64,000 nt of DNA from Eledone cirrhosa. Taxonomy: Eukaryota. The stretch spans positions 103,292,001 to 103,356,000 of the forward strand of contig OZ024741.1 of assembly GCA_964016885.1 (NCBI GenBank), written 5' to 3'. The position numbers and the translations under genes were made by a program. This document shows positions 50,501-62,163 of this stretch, in pieces. The notes below the pieces were generated by a model. It did not search any database, was not told the DNA's origin, and saw only the letters and a program-made list of their open reading frames with translations. Numbering within the stretch: position 1 is the stretch's first letter; every line of letters begins with the position of its first letter.

Positions 50501-53330
50501 GATCTGTGAGATCGACATAGACAGACTTCATAGACAAGGGCCTGGTTACTGGAAGCTGAACGCGTCTTTCCCGGCGCGCAAGGCCTACAGAGACCGGATT
50601 AACATATTTGTTAAGCGGGCGTTGACGGGAGCGGTCGTCAACAACAGGTAGTGGTTCGCCCTGAAAAGGGCAATTAAAGTAGAGTCGATTAGGTTTAGCA
50701 AAGGAGTAGTGATAGAGGAAAATAGAGTAGAGTGAGAGCTAGTCAGAAAGCTAGAAGAGGCGTTTAGGACAGGCATTGCAACCGACGTGCTTGCGGCGAG
50801 ATTAGAACTCGACCAATTCTTCAACTCAAAACACGAAGGGAGCGTTGTCAGAGTTAGAGCGCGTGCTCTGAAACACGAAGGGACAAAAGCCGTTCAATGG
50901 GCTCGGGTGGCAGAGGCGCGACGTGGCAATAAAGCCACAATTCGGTCTTTGTCTGACCAAAACGGGTGCGTGATGCTCGAACCCGAGCGGATGTGTGAAG
51001 CTTTTCAGCAGCACTTTGCTGAACTGTTCGGGAGCGGCGGCGGCCCGGATCGGGACATGGTCTTCAGTGCATACCTCGACGGACTGCCTCGGCTCTCGAC
51101 GACCGCAGCACAGTGTTGCGAAAAGCCAATAACAGCCGGTGAAATACGGGAAGCGATGGCTAACTGCACAAGAGGTAAATCGCCAGGTTTAGATGGTCTG
51201 CTCTACGAGCTTTATGCATTTATGCCAGACTTGTTCGGTGACCTCTTGGCAGACGTCTACTGCAACTGGCAGCAGAACGGGAGCATTCCCAGTTTTGTGA
51301 GCCGGGGAGCAGTGACGCTGCTGAGACATGACCCGAACAAGGGGGATGTTATTGATAATTTCAGGCCCATAACTCTGCTAAACGCAGAGTTCAAGATTTT
51401 GACCAAGGTGTTAGCAACGAGGTTGGCGCTTGTCGTCAAGGGTCTGGTGGGAGAGGCGCAAACATGCGCCATCCTGGACAGATCCATACACGACAACCTC
51501 CACCTCATGCGATACATCATAGAGAGGGTGGTTAAGGAACCTGGCAAGCGTGGGGTCCTGATCAACTTGGATCAATCCAAAGCATTCGATAGGGTCGACC
51601 ATCGGTACCTGGCGGCCGTCCCCGAGGCAGCCGGTTTCGGGCCCGTTTTCAGGCGTTGGATCACAGCAATGTACAGCGACATCTGCTCAGTTGTGAGGGT
51701 GAACGGTCACCTGTCGCAGCCGTTCAGCATCATGCGCTCAGTCCGCCAGGGTTGTCCCCTCTCGTCCCTCTTGTACGTATTGGCTCTCGAGCCGTTACTG
51801 CACAAACTGGGGTCGATGAGGGGCGTCCCACGCGAACTAGAATGCGGAAAATCCGAGTCGGCTTACACTGACGACGTCACCGTGGTGGTGTCGAGCACCA
51901 GACACGTCCAGATGCTCGGCACCGCTCTCAAGGAATACGAAACGGTGACAGGAGCAAAGATAAACCAGGGAAAGTCGGTGGGCTTGCAGCTAGGCACCTG
52001 GAGAGGAAAGTCCATGCCGTCCGACAGCGTCGTGGGGCGTTGGACGGACGGACCGGTTAAATTGCTCGGGGTCTGGTTCGGACCGGACCTCCAGATGGAG
52101 AAAAACTGGAACGAGGTGACGAGCAGGGTGGCCTCTCTCACCCAGAAATGGGCTGAGAGGAAGCTGTCCCTGAAAGGCCGGGCGGAGTGGCGAATGCGTA
52201 CATCGCATCCGTCATCTGCTACCGCCTCACCGTCGTCCCTTGCTCCAGCCCAACTCTCACCAAAATGGAGCGCCTCCTCTTCCGCTTTTTGTGGAAGGGA
52301 CGCGCTCCCATGGTCAGACGATCCATCTGCTGTCAACACCCGTTGCGTGGAGGACTGGGCATGCCATGGCTGATGATGCGCAAACATGCGCTGAGGCTGC
52401 GACATCTATGGTGCTTCCTTGATGGTGAACGAGTGTGGTCGCCGTTCGCCAGGCACATTTTCCCACAGCTCGTCTCCTTGACGGAGCTGCAGTCCTGGGT
52501 CAGAAAAAGACCGAGGGATAGCGCTTGGAAACTGGAATGTCTCCAGGCGCTCACTGTCCTCTCCCAGTTGGGCACCAGTATCGGTGGAACATCCACCTCG
52601 GCGTTCTATAGAGGACTAGTGGAGGGTAAGAGCGACGACGTTCTCGGAGAGATCCTGGGCGTCGAAAAAGATCAGCTGCTTGCTCTCTTCCGGAGAACTT
52701 TCAGCCCGGGGCCTATGGATAACTTCCAAAAATCCCTGGCCTGGCAGTGCTACCGGGGAGCGCTTCCGGTTCGAGATAAGCTCTACAGGCACGAGCCTGT
52801 CCGAGATGCGTGCATAGCGACGAAACCGTTGTGCACGCACTCGTTCAGTTCCCGAGCATTGCTGACTTGTCGAGCTATGTCGAACAGTTGCTGTCACGTG
52901 TGGGACTGATCCGGTTGTCGACTGAGTCCATTGTGCAGATGGTCTCGTCGTATTCCTTTGAGGAGGAAGGGCAGGTGGTTTTCATCTGCCTGGTGACCAT
53001 GGCGAAAGAGATTGTGTGGTGGACAAGGTTAAAAGGATTAAAGACAAACACTTTCCTCTTCGGCGAATCCCTAATTAACTTTTTCAAGTTTCACTTGAAG
53101 AGGAAAATCAGGGTGGAGAGGCAAGTGCTGCTTTTTAGCAAGTTTGTTGAAAGGTAGGTGAATGTAGCGAGAATGGTCCGAGTGAACGGGACCACTCTGA
53201 ATATACGTCTGTAGTTTGAAAGATGGAAAAATTGAGAGAGGGCGCTTGCCCTGGTAGTCAGGGTGGCCGTGGTCTTTTGTGTGGTTTTCGCCACGAGTAA
53301 CCCTCGGAGGTTTCCCCCCTATTGGGGAAT
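47511..53330 (+). mobile_element. Tx1/L1-clade LINE copy 1 (ORF1 about 47701-49780; ORF2 about 49813-53213), few disruptions, in (ATT)n
   Basis: ORF1 has an Asn-rich region, SFAGVA and the CYLCGSKGHLRAFC knuckle; ORF2 has INARGL, SET, YAP, GDWN, LDR, TDH, GYWKLN, KSPGLDG, FRPITLLN, LDQSKAFDRV, VRQGCPLS, YTDD and GGLG. Confidence 0.95.
47918..48058 (+). repeat. 36-bp coding minisatellite x4 (NNSGKVENDNNK) in Tx1 ORF1
   Basis: AATAACAGCGGTAAGGTCGAGAACGACAATAACAAA repeated. Confidence 0.9.
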
Positions 53331-53356
53331 TTATTATTATTATTATTATTATTATT

Positions 53357-56300
53357 GGGGACCTACGTAGGAAATCGTATTATCGTGAGCTCCGCAAATG
53401 TTTGTTGCTTTCAGTTGTTTCAAATTGCCAGTTATGGAAAATTTTTGTTAAGGGTTTAGAAGTTCACATATATTGCTTTCTGAAAAGGAGACTCAATAAT
53501 ATTGGGGCCTTGAGCCTAAAATTTAAACTTTTATAATTATCAAACAAAAACTTTCTTTGAAAAAAAAAAACATGGACGGCTCTCAGCCACACAAAGCTGA
53601 CAACCTTCCTAACAGACCAACACCTCCCACCACTACCACCACCATTGTAAATATTACTACGGTTGGCAACACTAAAAATATAAGCAGTGGCAATAATTTA
53701 ATTTGTCACATGCAGACATTCATTTCCCACCATTACCAATAACTGCAGGGGTTAAAGCCGCCACCCCCACCACCACAATATCAAAAAGAACAACCAACAC
53801 CACTGATACCACCACCACCACCACTACCACCACCACAGCGACAACAGAAACAAAAAAAAAATTATTATCTCGTGACATTGAAATAGATTCACCCAGAATC
53901 GACGCTTCCACGCCGAACACCACTGAAACCACCACCACCACCTCCACCACAACTGAAACTAAAAATAACAATAACAAAAATAACAATAACAACAACAGCA
54001 ACAACAACATCAACACCAACGCAAAACAAAATGTGTCATTTGCCAAAGCAGCCAAGAAAAGCGAAACAATCGAGGTAAGCCAGGATGATTTGAATGAAGT
54101 CAAGTGAATGGTAAAAAAAGATGGGTACAGGGTCAGGGTATAAAGAAGTGACGACTTCACACTCGTCCCAAGCTATTGTGGTCAGAGACTCGTGGAGATC
54201 AGGGTGACCCACGTTTCGCCAGCCATCGAAATTCCCTGGCTAATGGCTGCCGATCTCGCCGACATCGAAGCCAACACTAAAATAATTGAAGTAACAAAAG
54301 TAAAGCAGGAGAACTGGTCCGGATTTGGGATGGAGCTCCTGATCCAAGCGGACCAAAAAGACATTGACGAAATTCCAGAGGTGATAGACCTCAATGACGG
54401 CAGCCACCTCAACGTAATCATTGAGGGTAGAAGGCCTAGGTGTGTCGTTTTTGGCGAAGGAAGCCACCTAAAGGCTTTCTGACCTCAGGCTAAAAAGTTG
54501 AGGTCACCTCTCCTACCCACCCCAGTGACTCTACCATCAAAACCAGCAGCAGAAATGGCAGCAACAACCGTAGCAGCAACAACAGAAGCAACGGTAGCAG
54601 CAACAACCCCAGCAACTGTAGCAGCAACAGTAGCAAAAGCAACACCACCACCACCCACCACGCCAGAATTAGCACCAACGCCTCCACCATCCATCACGCC
54701 ACAACCAAAACCAACGCCTGTGGAGGATTTTCCACTCCCCGACCTATCCCAACTGGAGACAGATTGTGACGATGAGGAGGAGTGATATCAGGAGAAAAGA
54801 AATAGAAAAAAAGAACTCCCAAAAGAAAAAATCCTCTTCCTTCGCCCTCCAAAATCAAAATGCAGGGGGAAACTAATAAGCAAACAAACAAAAAAGTTAA
54901 GACAGCTATGCCACCACCCACACCAGCATCACCAGCCCCATCACCACAAACACCAACGCCATCACCATCATTAACCCCACAGCCACCATCACCAACACCA
55001 CAAAAATCACCAAAAGGCGAAACAGAAACAAACCCACAACAAACGCAAACAAAACAAACCAACCAAAACGATACACACTACACATAATTAAATTTGAACT
55101 AGCATAGTTACGTCCCTTTACAGTCTGAGCTCAAATCCCGCCGAGGTTAACTTTGCCTTTCATCCTTACGGGGTCGATAAAATAAAGTACCAGTAATACA
55201 CTGGGCATTTGCTGACCTTGTGCCTAAAGTAGAAACAATTAAATTTGAACAACAACCAATTATTACACTACATCCAACACAACACCATCATCACAGAAAC
55301 AGACTACACTACACCCCAAAAATTCACACCACTTCCACACATACAAATCACTCGCATCACACAGAAAACGGACACGACACTAAAACAAAAATTTGCCAAG
55401 GACATCGGAGACTTCCGACAAACACTCTCCAGGAGGATTTATAAGGACATCCTTCCGGAGGAGGCCACAAGCAGTGAGAAGGATGGTTTAAACCATCCTT
55501 CCTCTACGAGAAGTGAGGTAAGTGGTCTTTACCATCTTTTTCCACTCCTTTTCAACATGACCTCACTCAGAATAGGCAGCATAAATGCGCGTGGCTTGGG
55601 GTCGTCATGGAAGCAGGGCCACCTGCTCAACGACCTCAGGTCACTAAACATAGATGTGGTGGCCATCAGCGAGACCAGAATCTCCGAAGCACGAGCCTTC
55701 GCACCGATCTTCGGCGGCTACGTGTACGCATCTCCCAGCCGTCCTGCATCGGGGGGAGGAGTTGCTGTGCTTTATCAGAGAGGTTTGGATCTCGCCATAC
55801 GAGCCATCTTCCTGGACCCAGAAGGTAAGTTGGTGGTGCTGGACGTAACCAGCGGAGACGGGCAAGCTTTCAGGCTAGTGGCCGTCTATGTCCCGACAGG
55901 AGCAGGGTGGCCTGATTTCTTCCGGCGTCTGGAGGCCTTTCTTGGAACGTCCCGCTCTTTAGTATTAGTGGGCGACTAGAACGGGATCTTAGATGCACGC
56001 TCAGACTGTGTGGGATTAGCGGATAGGGGGTGAGGGTGTAAAAGCCTCGCAAACCTGCTCAGACGGTTTCAACTGATAGGGTATTTTGTAGGAAAATAGA
56101 TAGGTCTAGCATAGGCTGTCCACATTTCAAAATAGTCGACTACACGGACCACAAATTCGTGATTTGTGAGGTTGACTTAGATAGGCTTCATAGACAGGGA
56201 CCCGGCTACTGGAAGATAAACGCGTCATTGACAGATGTAAGGCCTACAGAGACCGGATTAGCGAACTAGTTAAGCGGGCGTTGACGGGGGCCATCGTCAA

Positions 56301-57161
56301 CAACAAATGATGGTTTGCTCTGAAAAGAGCGATTAGAATAGAGTCCATTAGGTTTAGTAAGGCTTTAGCAATAGATAAAAATAGAGCAGAGAGAGAACTA
56401 GTTAGAAAATTAGACGAGGCGCTTAGTAAAGGCATCGCGACCGACGTACTTGCGGCGAAATTGGCCCTTGACCAATTCTTCAATGCAAAGAGGAAGGCTG
56501 CGTTGTCAGAGCTAGGGTGCGTGCTCCCAGACACGAGGGGACGAAAGCCGTTCAATGGGCCCGGGTGGAGGAGGCGCTTCTTGGCAACAAAGCCACGATC
56601 CGGTCTTTGGTGGACCACGATGGGCGCATGCTACTCGATCTCGGGAAAATGTGTGAAGCTTTTCAGCGACACTTCGCTCAGCTGTTCGGGGGCAGCGGCG
56701 GGCCGGATCGAGGGATGGAATTTAGTGCCTACCTCGACAGACTGCCGCGGCTCTCGGCCACTGAGGCGGAGTGTTGCGAAAAGCCGATAACAGTCGCTGA
56801 AGTACGGGAGACAATGACTGGCTGCAAAAGGGGTAAATCGCCTGGTTTGGATGGTCTGCCCTATGAACTTTACTTACAGATGCCAGACTTGTTCGGAGGC
56901 CTCTTGGCGGACGTCTACTGCAACTGGCAACAGAACGGGATAATTCCCAGCTCTGTGAGCCGAGGAGCGGTGGCACTGCTGAGAAAGGAACCGAACAAGG
57001 GGGATGACATAGATCATTTCAGGCCCATAACTCTGCTAAACACAGAGTTCAAGATTTTGGCCAAGGTGCTAGCAAAGAGGTTGACGCTTGTCGTTCGTGG
57101 TCTGGTGGGAGAGGCGCAGACATGCGCCAATCCAGACAGATCCATCCACGACAACCTCCAC
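53357..57161 (+). mobile_element. Tx1/L1-clade LINE copy 2, 3'-truncated
   Basis: Divergent ORF1 (SFAKAA, EGRRPRC); ORF2 closely matches copy 1 up to IHDNLH. Confidence 0.93.
55100..55236 (+). mobile_element. 5'-truncated SINE inserted in Tx1 ORF1 with a 14-bp TSD
   Basis: AATTAAATTTGAAC at 55086-55099 and 55237-55250. Confidence 0.92.
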
Positions 57162-57249
57162 CGTCGATAAAATAAAGTACCAGTAATGCACTGGTTAATT
57201 GCTGGCCTTGTGCCTAAGGTAGAAACAATTATTATTATTATTATTATTA

Positions 57250-60200
57250 CAGTTGCATTTATCTTGCTTTATGTTCATACGAGTTATCACCAAGTCACAA
57301 CCAGTGACCTCAAGAGACAAGGTCCGCCATGTTCAAGAAAGAACATACATATTCACACATGCATCTTTAGTGTTTAGACTTGTGATGTACTTATATTGAC
57401 AGAATCTTCCTTAGTATATGGGCAGTTCCCATTAGTACTATCTTTTGTATTTCTCCTATACGCGGGTTTCCTGGGATTTGCGATATGTAATCATTAGACC
57501 CCTTAGGTATCATTCCCAGAGCGCCTACAACCACTGGTATTGTTTTAGTTCTCAATTTCCACATTTTTCCAATTTCTATCTCCAGGTCCTTATACTTGCT
57601 CAATTTTTCAAATGTTTTTATAAATACATTCTTGTCTATTGGAACAGACATATCAATTAGCAGGCATACCCTCTTTTGAAAGTCTTTCAATATTATATCA
57701 GGTCTGTTTGCATCTATTTTTCGGTCTGTTTGGATGCTAAAGTTCCACAAGATTGAGATGTGATCTTTTTCAAGTATGGGAGGTGGTTGATGCTCCCACC
57801 AATTCTTTTGATGGGGCAGGTCAAAATGCTTACACATTATCCAATGTATGTATTGTGCAGCTCTGTCATGCCTGTTTAGGTATTCGGTTGGAGCTATAGG
57901 ACTGCACATTGAAATTATATGGTCAATGGTCTCTGGTTGTTTTTTGCATACACGGCATAATGGGCTGCACCCATTTTTTATTATGTTGGCTTGGTAATTT
58001 TTTGTTGGCAGACACTGATCTTGTGCCGATATAATCAGTCCTTCAGTCTCCGATTTCAGTCCAGAGGATGCCAACCACTGATGGGTTAAAGTTTTGTCAA
58101 CATCAGGATTGTTAGCTCGCTCTGGGTATTTTCCATACAGAGGCTTTTCTTGCCATTTCTTAGCCAGTTTCTGTAGCAGTTCTTTCTTTGCAGTTACTTT
58201 TACCTGCTTTGCTTTTTCTGTGTTTTCCATTTCAGCAGTAAATGGGACTTCTGAAATTTGTAGTCCATTACTGTATCTTTGTGCATCTTTTGTAATGGAA
58301 TATGATCTTTTGATGCTTTCGTGTTTCAAAACGAGTTTGATCATCCAATCATGTGATTCCCTTAGATATGTAGATAATCCAATTGTTGCAGTTTTCAACG
58401 AAATGTCTAGCCTGATTAACCCACGTCCTCCTTCTTTCCTAGGGAGATATATTCTATCTATATCTGCTTTAGGGTGATGCATTCTGTGCATGGTTAAGAA
58501 TTTTCGAATTTTTGTATCGAGCCTACGGATCTCTGTGCTTGACCAGTTGATGACATTGTAACTGTAGGTTACTACTGGTATGGCAAGCGTGTTTATGGTA
58601 TCGATCCTATTCCTTGCATTCAATTCCGTTTTTAAGATTGCTCTCACTCTGCGGTAACATTCCTTTCTTATCCTTTCCCTCATTGTCGAGTGCTTGATTC
58701 CGTCTCCTTCACAAACACCTAGATATTTGTAAGTTTTTTCTTGATCAAGTTCTCTTATCACGTTCCCCCGATCAAGATTAATGTCTGAACTCTTCAGCAG
58801 CTTTCCTCTGGTGAACGTTGCTTTGGCGCATTTATCTAGTCCAAATTCCATTTTAATGTCATCACTGAACTGCTTCACAGTGGATAATAGCCCTTGCAAT
58901 TGTTCATCATTTTTTGCAAATAGTTTCAGGTCATCCATGTAGAACAGGTGATTAATGGTTTTGTCATAGACTTTATATCCATGTTTTGTTTCATTGAGCA
59001 TTTTACTTAATGGTATAAGCGCGATGCAGAATAAAAGCGGTGATAAAGAGTCACCCTGAAAAATTCCACAATTAATATTAACTTCTCCAGCTTCCAGTGA
59101 TTTTGTTTCACTATTCAAAAGGAGTGTCGTTTTCCATGTCTTCATACTTAATGACAAGAACCTCCTGACAACGGGGGATACTTTGAAAATCTCTAAACAT
59201 TTTTCAATCTAACTGTGTGGCAAACTATCAAATGCTTTTTTATAATCTATCCAAGCAATCGATAGATTTTTGTGTCTATTATGGCAATCTTCCAGTATCA
59301 TTTTGTTAACCAGAAGCTGATCCTTACAGCCATATGAGCCTCGTTTACACCCTTTCTGCTCAATGGGAAATAGGTCATTTGTTATCAGGTGGTCATATGT
59401 GTATTCAGTTAGGACTGATGTTAAAATTTTATACATTGTGGTCAAGCAAGTTATCGGTCTGTAATTTTTGGGATTGTTTGTCTCATCATTCTTCGGAAGC
59501 AGGAATGTAATGCCGTTAACTAGCCATGAAGGTATCTTTTCTGGCTCCTTAACTATTTCATTGTAAAGTTGGGCTAACAGCTCATGAGACTCTGTGAAGG
59601 CATTTATCCAAAAGTTTTGTATTTTGTCTTTTCCTGGGGATTTCCATTTGCTGGTTTTTCTTAGAGCCAAGCGCAACTGTTCAACTGTTATATTTTCCCA
59701 TATTTGTTCCTCAAGGTGAGCTGTATCTTTCATTTGTCTGTCTATCCATGGGGCATGTATGTTATGAACTTTTTCTTCGGCCCAGATCTTTTCCCAGAAT
59801 TCTTGCACTTCCTCCTTGGGTGGTATTGATTTAGCAGTTATTGTTGACTTACCAATTTTTCTGTAGAAGTTTCTTTGGTTGTTTTTGAACATATTATTGT
59901 CCTTATAGAATCTAGATCGTTTTTCAAAGCGCCTTATACGAGCAGCTTTGGCCGACACTTTTTGCTTGATTATTTCTATCAGCATGTCTATGTCACATGT
60001 TGATTTTATACTGTACTTTTTTTTCAATTTTCTAAGTTTAGTTTGTTTAACATATTCACCTACTTTATAGTTTGTTAAAATTTCTATGTCAGATCGGAGA
60101 AGGTTTATTTGGCGATTGATGTTCTCTTGCCAAGTAGATTTCTTGTGGGAATTCCTTTGTTTTTTCATCTTCACTCCACATAAGTGAGTGGTGACTTTAG

Positions 60201-60441
60201 CCGATGCATAATAGAGATGATTTAAATCAGTAATGTTTAGTTTGTTTGTGATGATAATGTTTTTGAGAATTATGTTAGTCTTGTGTATTATCTTTTGGTT
60301 CTGTTTGGAGTTCTGGATCTTAGGGAGGGTGTCTCGTTGCCCCATGTCAGATTCTTTCATTTTCATCCATTCGATCATAATTTCATCATTCAAGTTGGCA
60401 AGTTCATTCTCATTCATTTCTTCATCATTTACGATCTCATT
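57250..60441 (-). mobile_element. R4/Dong-like family T copy B, 5'-truncated, ORF open except for one stop
   Basis: ORFs 59209-60456 and 57391-59157 are in frame across a TAG (W in copy A); YMDDLKL, CRVC..H..C, RHD, RPD; (TAA)n ends. Confidence 0.96.
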
Positions 60442-60449
60442 ATTATTAT

Positions 60450-61714
60450 CCGTCATCTACTACCGCCTGACCGTCGTACCTTGTCCTAAGCCCCGCCTGA
60501 CTGCGCTGGAGCGTTTGCTCTTTCGCTTCTTGTGGAAGGCACGCGCTCCGATGGTCAGGCGGTCCATCTGCTGTCAACACCCGCTACGTGGAGGGCTGGG
60601 CATGCCGTGGCTGATGATGCGCAGACACGCGCTCAGGCTACGACATCTCCACCTCTTCCTCGACGGTGATCAGGTGTGGTCGCCGTTTGCTAGACACGTT
60701 TTTCCCCAGCTCGTCTCCTTTACGGAGCTGCAGTCCTGGGTCAAGCGAAGACCGAGAGGGAGCGCTTGGAGACTGGAATGTCTTCAGGCGCTCACAGCCC
60801 TCGACCAATCGGGCAATGTGATCGGTGGAAACTCCACCTTGGCGTTCTATAGGGGATTAGTGGAGGGGAAGAGCGACGACGTACTTGGAGAAACTCTAGG
60901 CGTCGACGAAAATCAACTAGCCAATCTCTTCGGAAGGACTTTCGGGCCGGGGCCTATGGACAACTTCCAGAAATCCCTGGCCTGGCAGTGCTACCGAGGA
61001 GCTTTGCCAGTTCGGGATAAACTCTACAGGCATGGAGGTGCCGTCAGCCGGGCATGTCCGAGATGCGCGCAGGGCGACGAAACCGTCCTGCACGCACTCG
61101 TCCAGTGTCCGAGCATTGCTGACTTGTGGGTTTATGTCGAACACCTGCTGTCACGTGTAGGACGGATCCAGCTATCAGCTGAGTCCATCGTGAGGATTGC
61201 CCCTCCCCCTTCCTTTAGCCGGGAAGGGCAGGCAGTTTTTATCTGTCTGGTGGCCATGGCGAAAGAGATAGTATGGTGGACACGTTTGAAAGGGCTGAAG
61301 ACGAGCACTTAACTCTTCGGTGATGCCCTGATTAACTTTTTCAAATTTCATTTGAAAAGGAAAATCAGGGTAGAGAGGGAAGTGCTCTCTTCCCAGCATT
61401 TTGTTGAAAGATGGGTGAGAGAAGCAAGTATGGCCCGAATGAATGGGCCTTCTCTGAGTATGTGTCTGTAAATTAAAGGTGGAAAACTGGGAGAGGGCAC
61501 TTGCCCTGGTGGCCAGGGCCACTGTGGTCTTTTAATGGGCTTTCTCCACAAATGTCCCTCGGAAGTCTCCCCCCTATTGGGGAATTTTTCTTTGTTATTT
61601 TATTTCAACCTCTGTTTTTTTTACACGCAGAAATGCCCATTTGTACCGTCCTGTATTGTCCTGTACTGTCCTTAATGTCTACTTTATGTAAACCCTTGTG
61701 GTTAATAAAGAAAA

Positions 61715-61716
<2 letters not shown>
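60450..61716 (+). mobile_element. Tx1/L1-clade LINE copy 3, 5'-truncated with complete 3' UTR
   Basis: GGLGMP and CPRC..ETVLHALVQC; ends CCTTGTGGTTAATAAAGAAAAC-(ATT)n. Confidence 0.93.
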
Positions 61717-61760
<44 letters not shown>

Positions 61761-61910
61761 ACCACAATAATAATAACTATCATTACCACATTCAATATCA
61801 CCGTGGTCGTTGCCATTATTGATGACATTACTATAAGAGCAGCTACTACTACTGTTATTCCTCATAGAGGTGGTTGTATTATCGGTGTGTGAGATGAGGT
61901 TGTTTTCATT

Positions 61911-62091
61911 GTGGATCGGCAGTATCGGTAGAGGGTCGAACGCCATGCTTTGACGCATAGAGTTACGGCCCTTGCCATTCTGAGTTCAAATCTCGCCGAG
62001 GTTAACTTTGCCTTTCATCCTTACGGGGTCGATAAAATAAAGGACCAGTAATACACTGGGTAAGTGCTGGCCTTACGTCAAAAGTAGAAAC
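61911..62091 (+). mobile_element. tRNA-derived SINE
   Basis: A/B boxes, core and AGAAAC(ATT)n tail. Confidence 0.9.
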
Positions 62092-62163
62092 AATTATTAT
62101 TGTTGTTGTTGTTGTAGTTTCCACCACTGTTATTAATACTACCATTATTATTGTTGTTATTAT

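Noticed and set aside
60233-61312. 359-aa ORF as a novel gene
   Set aside because: Chimera of antisense R4 sequence and Tx1 ORF2 across an ATT junction.
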